Shown piece by piece: positions 1-13,400 of a stretch of 63,733 nucleotides of DNA. The position numbers and the translations under genes were made by a program. Source of the DNA: Selaginella moellendorffii (Eukaryota > Plantae > Lycopodiophyta); assembly GCF_000143415.4 (NCBI RefSeq), contig NW_003314382.1:336477-400209 (forward strand), given 5' to 3'. Under the pieces are notes generated by a model. The model was not told the DNA's origin, did not search any database, and was given only the letters and a program-made list of their open reading frames with translations. Position 1 is the stretch's first letter; each line of letters starts with the position of its first letter.

Positions 1-3000
1 GAGGCTATTGATATTGTTCTGTTGGATCAAGCTTTAAGTACGTAGGAGCAGTGCTCATACTCTATGAAGTACCCATCTTAAATATGTTGTCATCATTTTT
101 GATATAGATGAGGAAATCAATTGTGGGGGAGATAGCTATAAAGACAAATTATACATTTAATAAGGAAGGTATAAATCTTTCAATATGCATTTTTTATCCT
201 TTTTCTTTACTTTATATTTATTCCCTAGCTTTTACCACCTCTATAGACTTTTAGTGTTTTTTAATCATCCTTCTCTTAGCACATCAATTATTTGTGACTT
301 GTATGATTCTTACTTTTGGTTCAGTATTGAGTTGAGTGTTTTTTGTCCTCATAATAAACTGTATATTAAGCCTATGCATGAAGTATTATTTTATTTTGTT
401 AACAAATTCTTTGATTAGTTCCTGTGTTCCAAGGGTTAAGTCATTTTTGCTATATTTTAGATTAAATATATTTCCCCAGTTATGAATGCCATTAAAAGTA
501 TTTGTATAACTATTGTTATTGAGGAGTGCTTTTGTTCTCTTAAGAGTTGGAGTTTTCCTTTGATTTTTTTATCTCAAAGAAGTTGTTTTTTACTTATCTA
601 GTTTTGGCTCATGCATTTTATATTAGGATATATTTTATTATTTAGCATTTTTGTTTATAGAGTCTTTGCTAACAAGAGGTTCTTTATTATCTAAAATTTG
701 AATATATTTTTATTTTTTTATTTCCTTATTTCCTCCTTGAAAAATGAATAAAACTCTTCTTTAATACTTCTTTATTCACTCTTTTTTCTTCTATCATGTT
801 TCTTCCTAAATTTTTCTCACTTCTCCTTTTTGTCTCAATCCTTCAACTTTTTTTCTTTTTTGGAGGGGGGGGGGGGGTAAAAAGGATGGATGGAAGTTTA
901 ACCTTAATAATGAATATAGTAGTGGAGCAAGGATAAATTACATAAATTGTGAAATGAATTTAGGTATAAAGGGGTTGAATTAAATAGATGTGATATTGAA
1001 GTAAGGCTAAACAAAGATGGTAAAGTGAAAATGAATGTAACAAATCCAAATAAAGTTAATGCTTTAGAAGTATTTTTCTTTGAAGACGGGGCATAAGGAG
1101 GATGTAGAGAATAAACAAAGTGAGTTTAATCTCTTATGGATAGTGTTGGACGAGAAAAAAGGTTGTGAATCTAATCAAAGATGATCTATTGAGGTTTAAA
1201 TATTGAAAAATATCAATCAATTAAGGCTTTTAAAGTATTTGTGTTTTTGGGTTTAAATAGTATTGGGCTAGGTGATGTCCCAAGAAGTTCAAATTCAAGA
1301 GTTTACAAATGAGAAAATATAAAGGCAAAGGTTTGGCTATAATGACATTTTATGGATTACAATGGCTTTTAAAGTTTTTTGTTTTAATTCAAAATTATAG
1401 ATTCAAGGTTAGTTCAAGTATTTAATAGGTATATAGAGTTGTAATTTATTCATCAAGATTCTGTAGTCAATTGATGCTTATAGCATGGCATTTTATTCTG
1501 TTTTTATCATAGTTATCAATAACTACATTAATGATTCCATAGGAGCTATAGTTTTTTTGACAACTATAATCACTCATAAGAAGCTCTAAATGTTTCACCT
1601 AATTTATCCATATCATCTTTATATCTTCCAAAGAGGATAGTGTAAGGTTTATAAATATAAATATAAATATAAATAAATAAATAAAAAAAATAAAAAAAAA
1701 TATAAAAACACACGCACATACTTTATTTATATAATATATTTATTATAAAAGTATAAGATATGAATTATTTATTTTAGACTGAATCTAGTCCATCTATTCC
1801 TATATATAAGTAGAGCTCTAAACCTCAATTAATATACTTATTTCTATATCCTAAACACTCATGTTTATAGATCTTACAGTTTTTAATTTTTTGATTATTT
1901 ATTAAAAATGTGGGTGTATGGTACATGGAAATGGAATACAAAAATATACATATCAATTAACCCAAAAACCCTAACTTATATACAAAAGCGAGTGGTTCAG
2001 ATTGAAACCAACCTAATAGCTATTAAAATCCCACTACATTAATATTAGTATATGGCATCACAATAATATACTTAGACCTCACATCATCCCTCCTTTCAGA
2101 ATGATGGAAGACCATCAAGGTTTTCTCGTGGATGGGCTAGGATTTGAAGGAACATTAAAAGGAGGTATTGGTGATTTGTAGGTGGTGGTAGTTGTTCCTG
2201 ATTTCTTTGTATGAAATGTTTCAACTATTGCACATACATAATTTCTGGAGAATCAACCTATTAAAAGTCATGCCAAACTTCATAAACTTGCAATCCCACT
2301 TTCTGCAATATCCAATATGGTCCCTTCCACTGAGCAAAGAGCCCTTTAAATAAACCACGTACTATAAGATTGGGAAAAAAAATTAACACCAAGACATCTA
2401 CTCTATACTTCTTAAGTGAATGATGGTGAGAGTTGTAGCATTGTTGTTATCCCATTTGTACGCAGTCCAATGTTTGGCAGACTAAGTGGAAGAATGCTTG
2501 TTAAATACTGATCCCACGACTTAGCATCAGCAGCTCATGGCAATCACGAAGGTAAACTCAACTTCATTGGTAGTATTGAATTATGACTATATATGAATTT
2601 ATATGGTGAAACACCAATAAAACTCTACACCTCTGTTATATACACATACCAAAGAAATAACAAATAACCATTCTAATCCAAATGTTGAAAGTTCATGTAC
2701 TTCATGATCATCCTTTACAAGTTCGAACAAACTATTCCACCAAACCATCTAAATGTGTATGATAAAAACTTATGAAGTGTGGTGTATCCCTAACTGAGAT
2801 GTCAAAACGTGAAATGCTTTAGCCATAAATGTGGGACTATTATCTAAAAGAATTCGCTCCAAACAATAATGTTAGAACACTACACAATTGAGGAGGAAGT
2901 ATCCAATAGGAGTTGCAAATACACTAGCAAGAGCATTAACTTCCACCTAGTGAGTAGTTAGAAGCAATAATGACATACTCATTGCTAACAGTCGATTGTG

Positions 3001-4619
3001 GAAAAGGCCCTATTAGATCAAATACCACTAACTCAAATGGATAGGAAATTGCAATTAACTTCAATTATTGTTCTGCAGCACGAGGGGGATATTATAAGCT
3101 TGCAACCAAATACAACTATGCATATATTAGATAATATCACGTCGCATCTCCAGCCAATAGAAAGATTTATGTAGCTTCTCAATCACATGACGATGTCCTA
3201 TATGCCTGCCTAGAACAAGAAGCACCACCAGCTGTAAATGATCATCAAGATTCGTCCCCACAAAATAAAAAAAACTATCCTTAAAGCAATATTGAAAATG
3301 TAAATGCTAAAATGGCAAGTCATCAGCAAGTGATGTAGGATTCTCAAACCTTATTGCATGCCACCAAGGCAATTTTCTTTCACAAGATGCCAGCGTGGAA
3401 TATGGTGGCGTAAGTTTTCGAATCCATGGCTCAATTTTTCCAGCCTCATGAATCTCGTCAAATCTTACTCTACACCTTATGCACACTAAACATTAAGTAC
3501 AACAATTGTCGATAGCACAGAATCCTCATAAAAAAAATCTATAGATGCTAGAATAACAAATTTGTCATAAACATAAGAAGAGAGTGAAGAAGGAAAAAGA
3601 GCTCAAGAAAAGGCATTAGTATCAGCTATAGAACTCTCTGGGCGATGAACAACATCAAAATTATATATCTGAAGCTTCAAAGCCCACCGAGCAGTACAAC
3701 CAACTAAGGTCTTCCATTTCAGTAATAAAGTAATAGCAATATAATCACCTTCTAATAACATCCAAGAACCGTAGATATGCATGAAATTTCTTGAAACCCC
3801 AAACTATTATTAAATATTCTTTTTTTATCATGGAGTAGTTCACCTCCACTGGTTGTAATATATGGCTAATATATGCAATAGGATGGCATTGACTAAGCAC
3901 ACTCGAGCTCTCTTGCATTAACACATCTCCAAGACTAATATCAACAGTATCTATATGCAAAATGAAAAGTCGAGTGTAGTCAGGATATACCAAAACTAGA
4001 GGAGTCATTAACAACTCTTTAAAATCCATTAGTCGATAAACCAAATGAAAGATGACATTGATGACTTTAATAATGCTCGCAATGGTGTAGTGTGATTAGA
4101 AAGATGATCAATAAAATAACCAAGATGCTGCACCTTGCCCAAGAAGCATTACACATCATTCACACACTTTGGAGTAAGGAATTTTACAACAGCCATAAGT
4201 TTTTTAGGATCAATATGTAAGCCCTCAAAAGAAATATGGTACCCAAAATAAATTGTGTCTTTGGACCTAAACACACACTTCGACCACTTCAACTTTAAAT
4301 CAACTTTACGTAGCCAATCCAACACCTTACGAACATCACAGATGTGTTTTTTTCATATCCCCTCTTGAGTGGATTGAGACATTATCAATGAAGTTAGTAG
4401 TCATCTTTGGCATATTGTAAAGAACCTCATTTATCATCCGTTGAAAAGTTGCTGGAGTATTGTTCAAACTAAATGGCATCACCAAGAACTCATTTAAACC
4501 AAATAATGTACGAAAAGTAGTCTTAAGAATATTTTATTTGGCCATCAGTACTTGCCAATACCCAGAAGCAAAATCTAATTTGGTGAACCAATAATTTCCC
4601 CCCAAACAATCTAAGAGAT

Positions 4620-5149
4620 TGTAAGTTTTTGAATTTAGATTTCCCAAGAGGTCACCAATCCAGTATTATTCAAACCCAAGGACAGTTAACCCTAAGTATT
4701 TAAAAACCCTTAACTGATTGAAAAAGGAGATGCACTTTTATTCATATGCTATTTTCCCTCTATATTTGAACTCTGTGAATTATCTCTTGAATTGTTCCTT
4801 TTAGTTGCTTACAATCCATCATGCTTCCCTACAAGTTCATGCCTTTGTGAATGGAAGCTAAGAGCTGTAGCTCTCTTGAGAGCCTCACTCTTTTGACACC
4901 CTACCCCTCGGGTCAAACTTAGTTGAAGCAAATTGGATCTATTAAATGTCAATTAACATTCACATTAAATGTAACCTCTTGAATTTGAACTTTCTAAAAG
5001 GTCACCCAACCCAGTACTATTCAAACCCAAAGATGCTCAACCCTAAGTAACCCAAAACTTTTAACTAATTAGAAAAGGGGATGCATTCTTATTCACTCTA
5101 TTTGAACTCTATGGATCATCTTTCGAGTCGTTCCCTTTGATTGCTTATA
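4620..5149 (-). mobile_element. Cassandra-type TRIM with 5S rRNA-derived sequence in its LTRs, inserted in the gypsy RT
   Basis: Direct repeats at 4620-4813 and 4970-5149 (TGTAA...GCTTACA/GCTTATA) flank a ~156 bp non-coding internal part. 5-bp TSD GAGAT at 4615-4619 and 5150-5154; host RT resumes afterwards. The minus strand of 4987-5042 resembles the plant 5S rRNA box A-box C segment. Confidence 0.85.
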
Positions 5150-5173
5150 GAGATTAACAGTATGAGAAAGAGG

Positions 5174-6695
5174 TGTTAGGGGAAGAAAGGGGACCTCCCC
5201 CAACACTCGCTCAAACACAAGAAAATGCTCTAATGTTTTTCACAAATGCCCACCCACCCCCCACCCCCCACTCGTGGGGCAAAGGTTTTTATATAAAGAA
5301 GATGGGGAATATTCCAAGGATTAGAATATTCCCTCTCTCTCTTACACTCTCTAAATGGCTACACTCTAACATGCAACCATGGTAGATCACACTGACTTCA
5401 AATACACAAAAACCTCCAAAGGGTGTAAAGTGTACCTCTGCTATTAATGCCAAGTGTTGGTAATTGTGTGAAATAGTAGAAACTCTAGAAAACAAAGTGG
5501 AAAAAGAAAGAAAAGAGGTAGGTATGAAGTTTGAAGACTAAGAGGAAAATTTAGTGGGAAACCCTGTAATCAAATTAGATCCTAATGTAAAAGAAAAAGT
5601 GCAGAAAAGCATGAAAAGAGAAGAAAAATAGAGGAAAAAGAATGAGTACCCAAAAAATTTAACCCTTACCTAGATTTCGGCTTAGGAAAGTGTAATATGC
5701 AAATGCAACCTCGTAATAACTTCAAGTATGCTCCAAAGATTAGCCGAAATCTAGAAAGAAAGAGAGGTAGAAGAGGGGATGCATTGCCCAAGGGTGGTAA
5801 GTGTAGAAATGATGAAAGATGGAGTATTATGGTGGAGAAATGGTGGTGGCACTTTGAGAAGGTGGCCATTTCTAAAAGTGTTAGGCTTATGGTTTAACAT
5901 GTCGGATTGAAGAAAATCGCAATTAAAAAAGATGGCATAATTGCTAGATTGCTAGTAAAGAGAGGTGGTATGTGTTTATTGAGTGCTAGAGTAGGAGAAA
6001 GTGGCTTCAGCTTCTATGGCCTTGCTTAAAGATTCACTTAAGTGCCTTCAGTGAATAGGTTCACCTGGTTGGAGAAGGTCGCTCTAGAAAAACTAACACA
6101 TCATTGGCAAATGGTCATAATGATATCTCAGAAATAGTATGTTCAAATAAGGTGGTGTTTTTTGTTGCTGGCACATGTACATGTGTCTGTGGTATGGTGT
6201 AAATATGACTTCAAATAAATATGTGGATGATGGTGAAAGAATGAAAGATGCAAGACATGCATCTAGAGGTAAGTGCAGGCAATGCTGCTAGGAGTGATTG
6301 GTGATGGATTTGTAAGTGTAGATGATATAGAATGGGTGTGGGGAATGTGTAAGGTAAGAGGTACCCATACCGGGCCGTTAGGCCACGGTGTTTCGCTCCG
6401 GCGTCCCGAAGCAAGTGTTGCACTCGAGACTTGGGATTTAGAGGGTCCCATGAACAAGTCTTGTGGTACCAAGGGATGTTAAGAACCTGGAAGCTTGGTG
6501 TGCTTGGCTGTTTGTGCTTGTGGGGAGTGTAGCCGAACCTTAAGTCCAATCTAACCCAAGGAGGGGGATTGGAAGAGATTTGGGAATCCGTGGATGGATG
6601 GCTAACACTCTGTTGCTCGTGCAGTGAGTAGCTGAAACCAAGTCAGATAGACGAGGTAAGCTGGCAAATTGGAAAGGAAAAATTTGTGGCTTACA
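5174..6695. mobile_element. Solo-LTR-like insertion (~1.5 kb) related to the 44884-46593 insert
   Basis: Begins TGTTAG where host homology stops and ends GGAAAAATTTGTGGCTTACA, similar to the 46593 end (GGAAAATTTAGTTGCTTACA). Shares the internal motif GGCCACGGTGTTTCG. Flanks (AGAGG/ATTTG) do not form a TSD. Confidence 0.65.
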
Positions 6696-7102
6696 ATTTG
6701 AATAGCTTACAATCCACCACGCTTCCCTACAAATTCACACTCTCGTAAACGGAAGATGAGAGCCACAGCTCTCCTGAGAGCCCCACTCTCTTGACACCCT
6801 ACCCCTCGAGTTGAGCCTAGTGGGAGCAAATTGGACCTGCTAAATATCAATCAACATGTGGTGTGATTCCCCTAACCAACCAACAGAGTCGGACTCAAGA
6901 CCTCTCTAATACCAAATGTAAGCTCCTGAGTTTGGACTTCCCGGGAGGTCCCCCAGCCTAGTATTATTCAAACCCAAGGACCCAAATATCCCAAAACCCT
7001 TAACCAATTGAAAAAGGGGGTGCACTCTTATTCATGGGCCTTTTCCTTTTATATTTGAACTTCATGGATCGTCTCTCGAGTCGTTCTTTTTGGTTGTTTA
7101 TA
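6696..7102 (-). mobile_element. Second Cassandra-type TRIM, truncated (LTR remnant + internal domain + one LTR)
   Basis: LTR 6917-7102 contains GGACTTCCCGGGAGGTCCCCCAGCCTAGTA (antisense 5S-like). Minus-strand TGGTATTAGAG next to the LTR is a degenerate iMet PBS (TGGTATCAGAG). PPT-like GGGAAGCGTGGTGGAT lies next to the LTR remnant at 6696-6711. Host pol resumes at 7103. Confidence 0.82.
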
Positions 7103-9689
7103 CTTGACGTTAACACATAAAATCTTGATCTCTTTGGGTGAATGACGATGAATAAAAACCTTGATTGAACAAACATCTCTAATTGGAATAGGATGACATA
7201 TTGCAATATTGCCCCATTTGCCTCAGATAATATGTCAAATTCAAAGAAATCAACATACTCCATACCATTACAACACAAAGACTATCAAAGGGATCAAAAA
7301 AGGAAAGAGACAAATAAAATAGAAACTTAGGAGGAAGTAAGGGGACACAAAAGTGATGGAAGTAAAGGTAGAAGCAGAGGGACAAAGAGGTATAGAAGTG
7401 AGGGGAATGGAAAAAATATTAGAAAGGATGAGATAAAAAGGAGAAAACTTAAAGTCACACTTGGCATGATTGTGTCGCAACTAATCTATACTAAGGATGA
7501 AGTTAAAAATTTAACTCGGCACCACCCGCAATGACTACAACTCAAGCTTGATATCACTTACATGCATAATCATATCCACTTCATCCCGTACACATGCATG
7601 TGTACGGCCATTGCCATAAAAAATGAAAATTGGATTTGCCACATGACATAAATGTAAATGGCAATGTGTGGCAACAATTTGAGCAATAGAAGATAAATTT
7701 AAACCTATATCCACTAATACAGAGAAAATAATAGGAGACTTGTTGTTATAAAATAGAGTTGGAAAGTAAACATTGGATAAACTGGTGCTAAATGAATCCC
7801 TTGATAATACTCTTAAAAAAAAAGATGAAAGGGTTACTAACTTATTCATGCAAGGTCCCTCCACTACTTTTGTGACTCTTCATTTTTCGGATGCATCTTA
7901 GTGTTTAGACCTTCTATTTTGTAGTAACACCAATGGGACATTATTGACACCAAGATCTCCACCCAGAAAATAAAAGTTGCCAATCTAGAAAATTCCAACA
8001 ATGCTGATAAGTGTGACTAACTTCATCACACGCCCAACAACTAATATTATGACCATGATTATATCCTTGCCTTTATCCTTAAACTCAAGTAGCAACAACA
8101 TCAACCTCCATTAAAACAGGACTATCTCCCATAGGAAGTAGAGGTAAAGGATGTGTAGCGAGAAATGGAAGAAGCAACATTTCATAATATTGTGCCAAGT
8201 GAAAAACATTATCAAGGGTGATTAGAGTAAATGCATGCATAAGTCCTATAAAATCTTGATAAAGTGTTGGCCACAACATTCCCAGCTTAATCCGCTCTGA
8301 CATATTTGGCTTCACACGAAGCAAGAGGCTTAAAAAATAAATGCCAAACTATATCACTGACTCAGATAACCCTTGACAAAGACAATATGATTGTTAGAAA
8401 GCATTATCACAATTGTTAGCATGTCCAAATGCATATTTAAGGGCATCCAAAATAATACTCCAATCCTCACAAGTGGCTACACTCAAACCATTATACCATT
8501 ACAACACCATCTTTTAAAGACATGTAGGAAACTCATATAAACGTCAAACATTATCTCAAAAATGATATGTGGCAATGATTATAAAGTGATTAAACCAATA
8601 ATACATATCATCCCTAGGATTCCCATGGAAAAAATTTAGTTGAATGTGAGAATTGGCAACAAAAGTAGAAAGAGTTATACCACGCACTGTGAATGGCACT
8701 ATTAATTGAGTTTGGTTGTTCAATTGCAATTGCATAACATCAAGCAATTGCACCAACTATTACTCCAGAGTCAAAGAAAGAGGACACTACTACTCTGCGA
8801 TGAAGATGAATAAAAACAAAAGAAAATAAATGGAAAAAATTAGAAGAAAAAAGAAATCTAAACAATACAAAAGCTAAATATAAACAAAAAATCCTAAATT
8901 CAAGCACTCTTTAAGGGCAATCAAAGTTGCCCTTTAACTCCACTAACACAAGTGTATGGAATATGGAAAGAAAATATAAAAAATGTATATATCAATTAGC
9001 ACAAAAACCCTATCTTATATACAAAAGTGAGTGGTCCGAATTGAAACCAATCCAATAACTACTAAAATCCCACTATACTAATATTAGTATATGGCATCAT
9101 AGCTATACATTTGGACCTCACAATATAATTTTAATGTTATTAATGAGTTAACCAAATAAAAAATAAATATTTTTACTTTTAAATTAATCAAATTTAAAAT
9201 AAACTTTCATCAATCTAGCAGTAAACACTCATCATATATAATGTCTATAATCAAATTCCTTGTTAAAGGTTAAAACAATATTAAGAATCTTAAAGTGTAG
9301 TTATACTAGGAAGAAGAGGATTTTATTTCAATTTTTTCTAACAATCACAATTTATTCTAACTAACTGGTATGTAATGGAAGGGTAAAAGGGTCTAAGCAG
9401 TTTGAACTTTTCAAAGAGCCCTAAACCCTAGAAAACCTCCATTATAACATATTAAATTTCATAAAAGTATTATATTTGTTGTTTTGAACTTAAGAATCAT
9501 AAAATGGAGGAGACCATTTTTTCAAGAAGAAACTTAGAAAAGAGCTTACCAGCACACATGAGATGGAGGGCCCAAAAGTGTGTGAGGAATCTGGAGAATT
9601 TGTGAGATTTTGCGAATCGGTATGTAACTAGGAGGGCGGTAAGATGGCAGGATCAAACACTCTCTTTGACGATTTCCCTCCAATGCTCC

Positions 9690-9790
9690 CTAAACCCTAG
9701 AAATGGGGGCAGGACCACATTTTCCCTCTGGCGGCCCCTCTGCGCACACGTCGACGTTGCTCACGTGCCTCTCGACGTCGATCGTCATCG
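9690..9790 (+). promoter_or_regulatory. Putative phototropin promoter region (telo-box, G-box/ACGT cluster)
   Basis: AAACCCTA at ~9691, CACGTG at ~9762 and several ACGT cores in a GC-rich patch upstream of apparent 5'UTR introns (GT donors at ~9847, 10012, 10283). Confidence 0.35.
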
Positions 9791-10440
9791 TCAAAAAGCT
9801 TTTCCAGCGGGCGCGTCGGCGACTTAAGCGCAATATTCGTCCTCAGGTAGGAGACCAGCATCTTGGCAAAAAGTAGGTGCTTTGTTCTAAGTTTCTCGAT
9901 TTCTTAGCGCTAGATCGTAGAGAGGAGTGGAAGTCACGTCATCGTTTTGTAAGCTCTAGGTAGCCAGTGCCAGTCATTCTAGCTCCATCTTGTCCCTCTA
10001 GCTGGACCACCGTAAGTCTAAGTTCGATTGGATTGTGGGCTCAAGCTCTCCTCCAGCCAGTCGTTTCTCTTCTCTCCTTTTTTCCTTCTTTCGTTTCCAT
10101 CCCTTGCTGCTTTAAGAGAAGTTAGCTTCGTAGATTTATCCGCGGAGATTTTAAGAAGTCGGTTGTGTACAGGAATGGATTGTCGCCTTCTCGGAGAAAC
10201 ACGACTTTAAGGAGCTTGCTTACGTTGGGTACGTTCGAGCAACAACATGACGGCTTTCGACAATTGGGGAGTTTTCACCACGGTAATGTGTGAACTGCCT
10301 TTCTAGTTTTCTTAACTCCCTTCTTGCTCTCTTCAGGAGTGTATCTTATCCTGTACTACAGTCTTTGATACCATCCTAGCATGGCAGTACCGCTTTCGGT
10401 CTCGCAGCTGTGAGGTACCTCGGCCAAGTTTCAATTTTTT

Positions 10441-13400
10441 ATGGAGTCCACTTCCGGTAGCAAGCAGGACCATTACTTCTCGCAGCGGTCTTCCAGCATG
10501 CCCAAGCCTGTGCGGGATTCTCTGGCTCAACTTCCGAGGGATTCTCGTGGCTCACTCGAAGTTTTCAATCCACAAGGTTATTCCTCCAAGCCTGCTTCTG
10601 TGGTTCCTCGGGGATATGTCCAGGACAGGATACAGGAGCTGAATTTGACTCCGAATAAGAGCCTTCTGGAGAGCCAGAGCATGAAAGGCACAACAAGTAC
10701 AGCCGAGCCTCTTCCTTCTTCCGGGTGGACTCTCACAGAGAAACAAAATGATTTCCTTCAAGCATGGCTAGCAAGCTCTCAGGCGGATAAGCCTCCTAAA
10801 GGTGATATAGGCGGAGAAGAGGCACAGGATTGGAACGACGGTGCTGCTGAACTACACGGAAAGGATTCGAAAGCTGCCCCCGGGACGGAGCCTGAGATCT
10901 TGACGAATGCTGTAATTGCCGAGAGGGCGGCAGAATGGGGGCTGACGGTGAAAGCGGACATGAATTCAGGTAAAGTTCATGGTGTCAAGGCTCGGACGTC
11001 TGCCGAAGAGAAGCGCTCGCGAAGGAACTCGGATATGTCAGGAAGGACTTCGGAGGAACATGAAGGCAGGACGGATTCTACGTCAGTTCCTCGGGTCTCG
11101 AAAGAGCTCAGGGAAGCTCTGTCCACATTTCAGCAGACATTCGTGGTTTCTGATGCGACCAAAGCTGATTATCCGATATTATATGCCAGTGCGGGATTTT
11201 ATAACATGACGGGATACACATCGAAAGAGGTGATTGGCCGTAACTGGTGAGTGCTTCTTTTCCCTTTCTTTTTTCTTGCGGCACCAGCTGATGGCACTGT
11301 TTCCTCTCTCACAGTCGATTTCTCCAAGGCTCTGGAACGGATCCCATCGATGTTTCTAAAATTCGCGACGCCTTAAGAGAAGGAGAGAGCTTTTGTGGCC
11401 GGCTGCTCAACTACAAAAAAGATGGAACTCCTTTCTGGAACCTGCTCACAATCGCTCCAATCAAAGATGAAAATGGCAAGATATTGAAGTACATTGGGTA
11501 AGCGTTTTTATACACAGTTTGCAGGTTAATCTGATTCGGAGTGTTTTTCTCTTTAGAATGCAAGTCGAAGTAAGCAAGTCCACCGAAGGCAAGAAGGAAA
11601 GTGCTTTACGTCCAAACGGACTCCCCGAGTCGCTTATTCGTTACGATGGTAAAGTATGCTGTTTGCATGCCATGAGCTGTGGATCTAAAACCTCTTATCG
11701 CAGCTCGCCAGAAGGACAAGGCAGTCCATTCTGTCACAGAGCTGGTTGAAGCTGTAAAGAGGCCTCATCCTCTCATTGAACCCGTCGCTGAGCGTGGTCC
11801 CGCGGCATCTATTTCTGGTTCAGAACGAAACAATTCAATTCCGAGAAGGCATAGTCTTCCAGATGTTTCAGAGGTAATAGGGAAAACTGGTAAATCGAAG
11901 AGACGATCATCAGGTTTTTTTAATCTCTTGAGGTACGTTTTCGGCTCTTAAATATTTGCTACATATCTTTCATGCCTTTGTTAAAGCAGATTCTCGAAAA
12001 GTGACCATCCTCACGAGCAGACAATGGACATTTCCGAGCCCGAGCTTATCACATCAACTATTGAAGAAGAAGAGACTCTGGAGAGTCTTGATATAGATCG
12101 TGCAGAAGAAATACGTAAAGGATTTGATCTGGCAACAACTCTTGAACGTATCGAGAAGAATTTCGTTATTACTGATCCACGCTTGCCAGACAACCCAATC
12201 GTAAGCATGAGAGAAATGTGATGCATGTTAAGGTTTTTCTGTTTAGATATTCGCGTCTGATTCTTTTCTAGAACTGACGGAGTACACTCGGGAAGAAATC
12301 CTTGGACGAAATTGCAGGTATTTACTTTCATCTTTACTGGCTTTTCATTCATCTTCTGGTTGTCGCTGGAAGGTTTCTGCAAGGAGCTGGAACTGACGTA
12401 GAAACAGTGAAGAAAATTCGCGATGCTATCAAAGAACAGCGCGATATCACAGTTCAGCTGCTTAACTACACAAAGAGTGGTATGTTATAACGAGAAAAAC
12501 GTGCTATTCAATTGCTGAGTTATGCCAACAGGCAAACCATTCTGGAACCTCTTCCACTTGCAGGCAATGAAAGACAACCAGGCGAGTTTTAAACTTTTTT
12601 ATTTTTATATTTCTGATGTATTCTTTTGTCTAAATACTTTCCAGGGAGAGTTGCAATACTTTATAGGTGTGCAACTTGATGGGAGTGAGTACATAGAACC
12701 CATTCGTCAGAGACTCTCAGAGAGAACGGAACAAGAAGGTGCCAAAGTGGTTAGTGTGTTGCCGACATATAGTTTGTGCTGCGCAATTCTAACACTCATT
12801 TACTTTTCAAGGTTCGCGCGACTGCTGCCAATGTTGATGAAGCTGTTCGAGAGCTTCCTGATGCAAACCAAGTCAGGTTCCTTCTAACACATGATTAGTT
12901 TCTTGTTTGTCTCTCGATGCCAACGAGATGTTGTTTCTTTTGTTCCTGTCCAGACACCTGACGACCTTTGGGCTAAACACTCTAAAGTCGTCTATCCAAA
13001 GCCCCATAAAGTCAACAGCCCCGCTTGGGATGCCATTAAAAAGGTTCATTTAAACTTATGTTTCGAACTCTACAGTTTTCCTGTTTGTTTTTAAATGCAG
13101 ATTCGAACTAGTGGCGAGAAGCTGGGACTCCACCATTTTCGGCCTGTCAAATCTCTTGGGTTTGGTGACACAGGAAGGTGAGTTTTTACATAGTGGTTTC
13201 TTATATATGGGATTAAAAAGCCTTTTTGTGATGGCAGTGTACATTTAGTAGAGTTGAAAGGTTCCAGCCAGTATTTTGCCATGAAGAGCATGGACAAGAG
13301 CGTGATGATAAACAGGAACAAGGTGATATCTCTGTGAACTTTGAAACTCACACTGATCTTTTGAACAGGTTCATCGTGCATGTGCTGAAAGAGAAATTCT

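Larger units (their letters stand above)
1909..9122 (-). mobile_element. Degenerate Ty3/gypsy LTR retrotransposon (copy 1; same family as 43070-49793) with nested insertions
   Basis: LTR-like copies at 1909-2083 and ~8947-9122 are reverse complements of the 43070-43243 LTR. PPT complement tcatccctcct at 2084. Decayed integrase, RNase H (ORF 3745-4044 'LVYPDYTRLFILHIDT'), RT, protease (7535-7864) and gag (8085-8756) match the young copy, with many stops. Confidence 0.92.

Noticed and set aside
1-1900. ORF 185-418 and AT-rich sequence as a gene or named TE
   Set aside because: Low complexity with no assignable motifs; probably an eroded repeat, but that cannot be supported.
6930-6990. Genuine 5S rRNA gene
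   Set aside because: Only the internal promoter portion is present, diverged and embedded in a TRIM LTR.
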